Shown in pieces: positions 1 to 9,136 of a DNA stretch of 64,000 nt. This DNA comes from Geosiphon pyriformis uo1. Taxonomy: Eukaryota > Fungi > Glomeromycota. The DNA is taken from NCBI GenBank assembly GCA_016748015.1, contig JAAOMT010000659.1:437222-501221 (forward strand). The letters are read 5' to 3'. The position numbers were made by a program, and so were the translations under genes. The notes below the pieces were generated by a model. It had not been told where the DNA came from and did not search any database. It saw only the letters and a list, made by a program, of their open reading frames with translations. Every line of letters starts with the position of its first letter. Within the stretch, counting starts at the first letter, position 1.

Positions 1-2240
1 TAAAGAATTGTTCATAATAATAGTCATTTCAGCACCAAAAAAACTTTTATTTAAACCAAATGTAAAAATTTGTATTTTATTAAACTTATTTATAATTTAT
101 GATTTAACACTAGATCTTAACTTTGTTTCTATAACAATAAAAACCATATTATTCAAATTTGTATGCCAACAAATAATGTCTTTTTGTTTTACAAAAATAT
201 TAATACCTTAAACATTACACATAGCAAATTTCTATACTAAGTTATTTATTGAGATAATAAAAGCATTAGAGAGCCTAAATTAGAGCACAACTGATCTAAT
301 CTTACCAAAACTGAATTAACAGAAATCTTAAGAACAACCATTTTTGTTTCCAAGCCATCTATCTTAGTGATTAAAATTTTTAATTTACTCAAACCCAAAT
401 CTGAAGTCTTATTATTTACAACTGAGAGAAGAAAAACAGACAATACAGATATATTATTTAAAACTATATCCAAATTCAAATTTGAATTCAAAAATACAGA
501 CACAGTAAGAGGGAGAAATTAAGAAATAAACACTAAAGATACCAAGTCCACAAAGCTTAATTTTTACATAATACTAAACATTTAATTTGCCAAAAGCTTT
601 AAAGAGCATTCCAAAAAAACCAAATAAACATTTAAAAAAGAGTTATTTAATAAGATAGAAGAAGATTTTTCATTAAAATTTAAAGCACCAAAAAGAGAAA
701 AACCAAAACTAGAAAGCAAATTATTGGAAAAAAAAATTACCAAAACTATTTAAGCTTATAACTTGCCATTAAAAACAACAAAACAAGAAATTGAAACATT
801 CTTTTTGACATATAACTTGGCCAGTTAAAGACAATTTTTATTAAAAATAAACTTCTTAAATACTTTTAAAGATAGAGAATTGAGAAAACCAGATACATTA
901 TACTTTAAAACTAAATGTCCAAAATGTTTACACTTTTTTACAACAAACCAAATTTATTCTAGTTTAAAAGAATTTCATATTACCAAAAATTAGTTTTATG
1001 CAAAAAACAGATTCAAGTTTTTTATTTAATTTAAAGCCAATCATGATACAGCAAGTTTTATTGCTAATTTTAAGTAATTGATTTATAATGCAAGTTTTTT
1101 TTATCAATTCTTTTCAATAGAGCATCTAAATTATGAATAATTGGTTTTACTAGCAAAGTAAACAAAAACACTCTAAACTGGTTTTTTAATATTTAAATTT
1201 CACAATTTTTCATACTTTTTACTATCTATACTGAATCTTTCTTAATAAAAAATAATTACTTTGCCACCAATTGATCAATCTAACTTGATTTGGCAAATTT
1301 CACTACAGCTTTCTGCTACAGTCTAATTAATTGTAATTGGATTAATATTATTTGACCAAACTTGAAAAGAGCTATAACAATTATTTTTTTTAATGTATTT
1401 ATGAGAATTTCCTTAATAATTACAGTTTAATCTGAGTGAAATTTTTGTCTCTTAACATTGTTATTTATAATAATTTCCTTATTTTTAGCCAATAATACAG
1501 TCTTTTTTATATTTTTTCAGATGTAAATATTAATTGAATAATTTTTTTAAATTTTGAAAGAGTAGTGGCCTTTCTAAAACTATTAATTGATAAAAACATT
1601 TTTCTGATAAACTGAGTTTTTGTCATTGTTGATTTTTTTTCACAACTAAAAAATTAATGTCTAATATAAATAATTTCTTAATGATTACTTTGATTTGAAT
1701 TTTTACTATTTTAGGATCAATTCATTTTTTTTAAGAGAAATATTAAGAAAGAAAAGAAGGGGTCTTTTATTTTTATCTATATCATAATTAATTAAGCTAA
1801 TAAAAGAACCACAGATTAAATTAGTATTTATTCTTTTAACTTTAAAAGTATTTGCAGCTAAGCCAAAAAAAAACCACCATTAACTCTTAATAAAACACTA
1901 TTATTCTTATTATTACCAAACTCATTGTCTATATCTAAATATACATTATTACCAGTATTAAATTTGACTAAAAAAATAGTTTTTTTATTATTAAAATACT
2001 TAATATTACCAACATATATTTTTTTTTGGGAAAAAAAACCTCCAACAGAACCATAAAAAACTTTTTTAAGCACTTTTTTTTAGACATAATGCTACTTTAG
2101 ACAGCTACTAGATTTATTATAAAGAGATTATTTGCTTGAAAAATATTCCAAAAAAATAATAAGAAAAAATAAAAAAAATTTTTTTTCAAAATTTGCTTTT
2201 TAAGAAATTTAAAATGTAAAAAAGAAAAAAGTTTTTCTAT
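1..2240 (-). mobile_element. Decayed LINE 5' part (ORF1 and start of ORF2 endonuclease), related to the 44828-51679 LINE
   Basis: ORF 246..503 (SKLKILITKIDGLETKMVVL...LDQLCSNLGSLMLLLSQ) matches the C-terminus of ORF1 44987..46864. ORF 1858..2073 matches its N-terminus (ATG at 2087). Minus strand below 250 reads KFAMCNV.GIN..KQKDIICWH, matching the ORF2 start. Many stops; 5' boundary approximate. Confidence 0.85.
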
Positions 2241-3700
2241 TTTTATTAAATAAAAAAATAAAAATCATTAAAATAAATCAGTTATTATGTTAAAAAAATA
2301 AAATACAAAATATTATTAATTATTAAAACTTGAATTTTTGTTTTTATATAAAGAATTTAAACATAAAAATCTTTAAATTATATAATTCAAAATATAATAC
2401 TTATTTTTTAAAACAATAAAAAATAAATAAATAAATAAAAATTAATATTTATTAATAATTATAATCAAAAATTATTGTTTTAATATATTAAAATTTATAA
2501 ATATATATTATTAATATTAGATAATTATTAAATAAAATTTTTGAATTAAGCTTTTTATTAATATAATTATTAATTTATAGATTTTTATAATTTTAATAAA
2601 TAAGTTTATTTTAGATAATTAATTTTGTAATTTAATAAATAAGTTTATTTTGGATAAATAATTTTGTAATTTATTTAACAAAAAAAATTTGCTTTAATAA
2701 TTAAATGTATTTTTTTTCTTTTAATATTATTTTATTTTTAATATTTGATTAATTAATTTTTATTATATGTAACTATTAAATATTTTTTTATTTTTTTATA
2801 AGTAAAATTTTTTTTTGAAATTAAGTTTTGTTAAAATTTAAAAATTTTCTTTTTTTAATAATTTTAATTTTATTATAGTATTAATAATTTTTATTTTTAG
2901 TGTTTTAAATTATTGGGTAATTATTTTTTTTAGTTAATTATTAATATTTCTATTATTAAATATAATAATTTGTTTATATAAATTAGTATTTAATTATTAC
3001 ATATAAAAATTTTACCAAATTTGTTATGTAAATTATTATTTAAATAAAATAAATATTTAAAAAATTACAAAATATTTAATAAAAATGTTTTTTATTATAT
3101 ATAATTATTATATAATTATTATAATTTGTTTAATAATATGTTTTTATTAAATAAAAACATAAGTTATAACATAATTATATATTAAATTAAGTTAATTTAT
3201 ATATTAATATTAATAAATATTTTATTTAATATTAATTTTATTATAACTTAAAATTACAATTATAATTTAATAATTTAAAATAAATTTATTAATACAAATA
3301 AATAGTTATAAACAAATATATTGTTTTTTTTATTTTATTTTACAAGTAAGACCTAAATGTTATTTAATATAATATATTAAATTAAGTAATCTAAAGTAAA
3401 TACAAATTATGTACTTTTTATATATAATTAATTATTTGGGCTAATTAAAACAACACTATAAATCTATCTTAACAAAAATTACATATTTCATATCTGAAAA
3501 AAAATCATCAAGCTTATATATATCAAAATTAATATCATGTGTTTTTACAATTTCAAGCATTTAACAATACTATTAAAAAGCAAAAAAAGTAAATTACAAA
3601 TCACCAAAAACACAGAATTATTATATGTAATCAAATTATTCCTTTTTATAATTGTCCTATACTTAGATTTTACTAATTATACTTTAACATAATAGGCCAT

Positions 3701-4355
3701 TGTTATGGGTTGGAGTAACAAGCTAACAGATAGCAAGGAAGAACAGTATTGTATGGTGATAGAAATAAACAAAGAAGGAATTACAATAAGGGAGTGAATT
3801 AAATAAGTAGGAATTCAATGTGCGTGATCAGTCTCATAAAAATCACAGTTGCTAATTTTTTCTTAAATCTGAAGGTAGAGGAATAGTCCATGATTGTCAA
3901 CAAAATAACATCACTGCTATTATTTTATGCCTCAACTCAGCAATTCTTAGAATCAATAACAGGTATTGTTGTGCTTTTCAATCATTTCTTTATTCAATGA
4001 ATTACAAGAGCAAGCCAATTGCTTCTCAGGCTAATTCTAACAAATACAAATCAAGAAGAGGAAAAGATAAGGTATGTGAATGCCAACAAGTAGATACTTA
4101 AAAGTAAGGAAAGGGGAATAAGTGATTATGAGAGGAAGTAATTGATATTGTTTTATTTTGTTACTTTGATCATGTCTTTCTACAGCTAAAGGAATTATCA
4201 CTTATATAGCTATCTAAAGTGGTCAATGATCAGGTCAACGGTCAGGTCATTGATTAGGTCAACAATCACTATCTAAAAATAGGGTGGCTAATTATATGAC
4301 ATCAGTGGCTAATACATGTGATAACTAATAAAAACTATGGATTTCAATCATAATA
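3701..4355 (-). repeat. Element A 3' LTR
   Basis: Colinear copy of 20328-20982; adjacent purine tract GGAGAAAATGA on the minus strand. Confidence 0.95.
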
Positions 4356-4483
4356 TCATTTTCTCCAAAGAAATTGAGCTCTGGCAAAATCAAGCTATTT
4401 ATGGAATAGTCTATGTGAAGGGTTTTGTTTAACTCAAAACTAACTAGTTTGTTGAAGTCTTTTGTGGATAGGGTATATAATAC

Positions 4484-4981
4484 TTAAAGTGAAATAAGTT
4501 TTGTATCCAAGAGACCAAATCTTTGTATAAGAGTTCTGGCTCTTCTAACAATGGTTAAAACTTTTGGGACATCTAATTGTATAATGCCCAAAATTTTCCC
4601 TTGTATCTCTGAAGTTGTTTTCTTCATGAGCTTCATGTCTTCTATGATTTCACCAAGATGACCATAGAGTTCTAGTTGTCTTCTATATGACAAGTTTTTG
4701 TCTATGGGCAAGATTTCTTGTATCGTTTTTCTAATTGTGCTGGAAGGTGAAAGTATCACTGCTGTTATGCTTTCCAGCAAGTATTTATCCATTTTGCCAC
4801 CAATTCTTTCTCTTTTGGTAGTTGTTTTCTTTGGTCTGATAACAGTGTGAGTTCTACTGTTGTCTGTTATGGTGGTTTGTTTTCTGATAGTCAGAGTAGC
4901 ATTTGGATAGTTCTTGATCCAGTACTTATGGAGAGTATAGAAAGTGTTTTGAATGTTTTGATCCAGGAAATAATTGTTCAT
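4484..4981 (-). CDS. Element A orphan ORF downstream of integrase (unknown function, probably truncated by a premature stop)
   Basis: 165-aa ATG ORF starting 7 nt after the integrase stop (4989-4991) and ending about 120 nt before the PPT; no motif recognised. Confidence 0.6.
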   Translation of the reverse strand: MNNYFLDQNIQNTFYTLHKYWIKNYPNATLTIRKQTTITDNSRTHTVIRPKKTTTKRERIGGKMDKYLLESITAVILSPSSTIRKTIQEILPIDKNLSYRRQLELYGHLGEIIEDMKLMKKTTSEIQGKILGIIQLDVPKVLTIVRRARTLIQRFGLLDTKLISL

Positions 4982-5451
4982 TATTTATTTATATCTGATT
5001 TTTGCTGATCATTTGGGTCAGTATTACCACAACAGGTAACCAATCAGGTCGTTTGTAATATTTCTTGAGTCATGTGCCATAAACAGGGTGATTACTGAAT
5101 ATTGTTCTATATTGATCTTGTAGGATATATGAACCATTGTTCAAAACTTTGTTGACTATAAAAGGTTCTTTCCAGCAGCTGGAGAATTTATCACCATAGA
5201 CATTGTCTCTGTCTGAACAGTATTCCAAAACTAAGTTACCAACACTTAAGAAAAGTGTTTTATAGGTTTTTTTCTTTTTGAGCTTCTCTTAGAACTGTTT
5301 TATCTTTTCAAAGACAATTATCCGTGCTTCTACCAATAAATCAAGAATGGTACCAAGTCTTCTTTGCAAAATGTCTTTGTAATCTCCTATTGTTATTTCT
5401 TCAAAAGGTATTGTTTCTATATCCATTTCTATTGGTAAAGTTGCCATTCAT

Positions 5452-6440
5452 TGTTACCGGAGGTTTTTGGTCTCTTTTTTGTAATGTTGTTGATACTTAT
5501 TTGCTGTGAATTCATGTTTTCTGGATGTGGTTGAACCTCCAATAACTGAATTTATCTTCAAATTATCTCCTATAATTTGAACTGCTGGGCTTATAAGTAG
5601 AATAGCCAATTCTGTGCCAGTTGCTTTATGTAGTTACATTGTAGTAAATGTCAACTCTTTCCTAGGAATTGCTCGTCTGGAAGCTCACAAAAAAAATGTG
5701 TAGTTACTTTGCTGTGAAAGTCAACTCTTCTACAGGAATCTCGTTTGTAGGTTACCCTAATGATTATGATAAGAAAATAAAAGAAAATAGAAAAAATGTA
5801 AAAAAAATGGAATTTTATCAAGGGAAACATTTTCTATTCAGGCCTGGAGTTACTAACAGTTTACTAAAATTGATAGCTAATCAATTTCAAAACGTTAGTT
5901 GGGTTTTGAGGATTTTCCAAGTGCAATAATTTAAAGAGTTTGGTTTTTTGAATTATTTGATATTTATTTCTTTTTGCATGTATAGGAATGGTTTTTAAGT
6001 GATAAATCTAAAGTAAGATACATTTTCTCGAAGAGAGAAGCTCTTTTTTTATACAACTTGTTGTAACACTATTCTATGAACTTAAACTTTGCTATTTTCT
6101 ACAATTTCGCTGAACTAAAGATACATTTTGGCGAATTACAAGTTATTTCGGTGAACTATTAGATATTTCAGTGAACTATCAATTATTTCGGCAAATTTCT
6201 ACAAATTTCAGTGAACTTCTGAATGTTACATAGTTCGGGGTATTGCATGATTGATCATCGCAATTAGGTTATATTTGTGTTGTATGCAATTTGAGTTATT
6301 AATTAAATAATAATTTCAGACATTTTTTTTTTTTGCTAATGTAATAAGTGATCATTTGAAATGATAATATATGCTAATTAATGATAGGAATTATAAGATA
6401 ATTTCATGCTAAATAATATCTCTAATTTTGTCTGGTAACA
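5452..6440 (-). repeat. Element B 3' LTR
   Basis: Direct copy of 14120-15112. Confidence 0.95.
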
Positions 6441-7011
6441 TAACCTCCTCCTCAAGACTGAGCTCCATTGAAGTCCAAGTACTGTCTGTTATTTCCAGAT
6501 AATAATCCAAAATTATTGAAGAAATTTGGTCTGAAAATTGTTGAAATNNNNNNNNNNNNNNNNNNNNTCTAAGAGCAGCTCTAAGCCTGTAGTGACTGTT
6601 TGTTGATCCAGCTGTTGTCTTGAATTTATTGTGGAGTTGTTTCTGAATAGCTTTTTTTGTGAGATTTGCTGTTGTAAGTTTCAGTTTCCATTTGTAGAGT
6701 GTTTTTCTAATGTGAAAATATCTATAGATTGGAGGATATTCAGTGTTTTCCTCATTGAGGCACAGTTGAAGTTTTTGTTGAATTGTAGCATTTGGTGGAA
6801 TACTAATCAGAGTGAGCATTAGGTTTTCTCTTAAAGCAAGCTTTAAAAGTTCTGGCAGGTGAATTCCAGTATAACTTCTTGTGTTCTTTTTATATGGGTG
6901 ATATTTTTGTGAATTTGGGGCTAATTTTGTAACTACTTTTGTTTGGGTATAATTTATGTGGTTTCCAGTAACAGTAATGGATAATTCGGGTATTGTTTTT
7001 AAAGCTAACAT
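6409..7011 (-). CDS. Element B orphan 3' ORF (gapped; runs through the PPT into U3)
   Basis: About 200-aa frame between integrase and the 3' LTR. N gaps make the start and the continuity uncertain. Confidence 0.45.
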   Translation of the reverse strand: MLALKTIPELSITVTGNHINYTQTKVVTKLAPNSQKYHPYKKNTRSYTGIHLPELLKLALRENLMLTLISIPPNATIQQKLQLCLNEENTEYPPIYRYFHIRKTLYKWKLKLTTANLTKKAIQKQLHNKFKTTAGSTNSHYRLRAALRXXXXXXXFQQFSDQISSIILDYYLEITDSTWTSMELSLEEEVMLPDKIRDII

Positions 7012-7971
7012 TNNNNNNNNNNNNNNNNNNNNAAGTGTGTTCCCTGATCAGATAAAAGTTCAATTGGACATCCATGTCTACAAATGATGTCTTCGTAGAT
7101 GAAATTTGCTACTGATTTTGCATCTGCTTGTTGAATGGCTCTGGTTTCAGGCCATTTAGTAAGATAGTCTACAGCTACTGCAATATAACGGTTTCCTTGA
7201 GTGGTGATAGATAGTGGTCCGACTAAATCGATACCAACTCTGTCAAAAGACTGTCCAACTTTGATTGGATTTAAAGGTTCTGTAGGGCGAGTTCCTCCTC
7301 TTCTTTAACAACTATCACAAGATTCGACATATTCGTGAATGTCTTTTCTCATTCGAGGCCAAAAGTAGTATTCTAGTGTTTTTTGGGTGGTGCTATCTTT
7401 TCCAAAGTGTGCTGATGAAGGATCCGAGTGCATGTTGTATAAAATGGTCTCTTTTTCTGGTTCTTGTAATAATCTGAGTGGTTTGGTTGGGTTTTTGAAA
7501 TTTCGATGATAGATAATGTTGTTGTGTAGAAAATATTGTTTGGCTTGTTGTTGTAACCGATGTTTTTTGTCTGGGGACCAATCTGTTGGGATTGTTAATG
7601 TCTCCAAATATTGTTTGAGATTGTTGTAGTTTTCAGGGTTCATTGTTTGTTGTTTTGATGCTGTTAATTCAGATGGGTGTTGGTTTTGTTTTCTAATCTT
7701 GCCTCATTCTTGAGAAACAATCAACGTTGGTGTGGAGTTTTCCTGGTTTGTGGTGTACGATGTATTGGTAATTAGCTAAAAATCCTGTTCATTGGGTTTG
7801 TTTTGCGTTCAGCTGGGTGTTTTTGTTTTGAAGCCATTTAAGTCCAATATTATCAGTGATAATANNNNNNNNNNNNNNNNNNNNTTTTTGGTGTATGGGT
7901 TTTTATGCTATTTTTGTTTTGTTTTTGTGAGATTGTTTCTAAATTATAAGAGAATAACTAGTAAAATTAAA

Positions 7972-9087
7972 TTAAGTGTTCAGGTTGGAAGGTTGTTCAA
8001 TGACAACTATTGGTTCTAAGTTCCGGGGAATATCTTCGGGACTGACCAAAGGGGAATGTGTACCAATTTGTGGAATTAATGGTTCAGGATTGTTTCTGGA
8101 ATAATAGTGTTTCAAATGATCTCCATGTGCAACTTTTGCTAGGATTTTGTCATCAAATCTTAGCTTGTATGATCCATTGCCTAGGACTTCATGGATAAAG
8201 AATGGTCCATCCCATTTATTTTCAAATTTTCTACTCCATTGTTTTTTAGCTTTAGTTCTGTGTAAGAGAACTTTGTTTCCAATTTTGAATTTATTGGTGA
8301 CTGAAGGCAATTTGTCATCATGTCGTTCTTTTTGTTGAGCTTGGGAGTGTTCAATATGGGTGGCTGCTATTCATCGTTTTTCTTCCAATGTGCTAAGCAG
8401 AGTGTAGGCTCTTCGCTGAAGCGTTTCTTAGAAATTGTTTTCATCAATCGGTTGTGCTGGGTATGTTTCCACTGTGAAACTGATTGGTAACATTGCCGTC
8501 CTTTCATAAGTTAAATCAAATGGTGTGTGTTTTGTGGTATCTTGTTTTAATGTTTTATATGCTAATAACACTGATGGAATAAAGAGATCTCATTCTTGCT
8601 CAAAATCGGTTGAGACTTTGGCTAATGACTCACACAATGTTCTGTTAAAACATTCCACAAGTCCGTTTGTTTGTGGATGGTAAGGCAAAGACAGAGGTCT
8701 TTTGACATTAAATCATTCACAAATTTCTTGTATCAAGTTGTTCACAAAGTGTGTTCCCTGATCAGATAAAAGTTCAATTGGACATCCATGTCTACAAATG
8801 ATGTCTTCGTAGATGAAATTTGCTACTGATTTTGCATCTGCTTGTTGAATGGCTCTGGTTTCAGGCCATTTAGTAAGATAGTCTACAGCTACTGCAATAT
8901 AACGGTTTCCTTGAGTGGTGATAGATAGTGGTCCGACTAAATCGATACCAACTCTGTCAAAAGACTGTCCAACTTTGATTGGATTTAAAGGTTCTGTAGN
9001 NNNNNNNNNNNNNNNNNNNGACCAATCTGTTGGGATTGTTAATGTCTCCAAATATTGTTTGAGATTGTTGTAGTTTTCAGGGTTCAT
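7972..9087 (-). pseudogene. Element B integrase (separate ORF starting MNPENY)
   Basis: GIDLVGP, SDQG and GPF motif (KWDGPFFIHEVLGNGSYKL). The HHCC part is visible in the misplaced copy at 7305..7643. Confidence 0.9.
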
Positions 9088-9136
9088 TGTTTGTTGTTTT
9101 GATGCTGTTAATTCAGATGGGTGTTGGTTTTGTTTT

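Noticed and set aside
3800-3900. Intron-containing tRNA-Met gene inside the LTR
   Set aside because: No acceptor stem, T-arm or B box, and the insert contains a T6 run that would terminate Pol III. Kept only as tRNA-complementary boxes.
5669-5929. 86-aa antisense ORF present twice (also 14337-14597)
   Set aside because: The duplication is just the LTR pair. TTG start, overlaps an internal repeat, no motif.
6105-6216. CRISPR-like repeat/spacer pattern
   Set aside because: Cores of about 11 bp and spacers of about 9 bp are far too short; eukaryotic LTR context; no cas genes.
7033-7864. Apparent duplicated integrase/RNase H segment in element B
   Set aside because: It is bounded by 20-N gaps and looks identical to 8747-8999 and 9020-9308, and its middle fills the 9000-9019 gap. 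In a region where true repeats diverge quickly, this is a scaffolding artefact.
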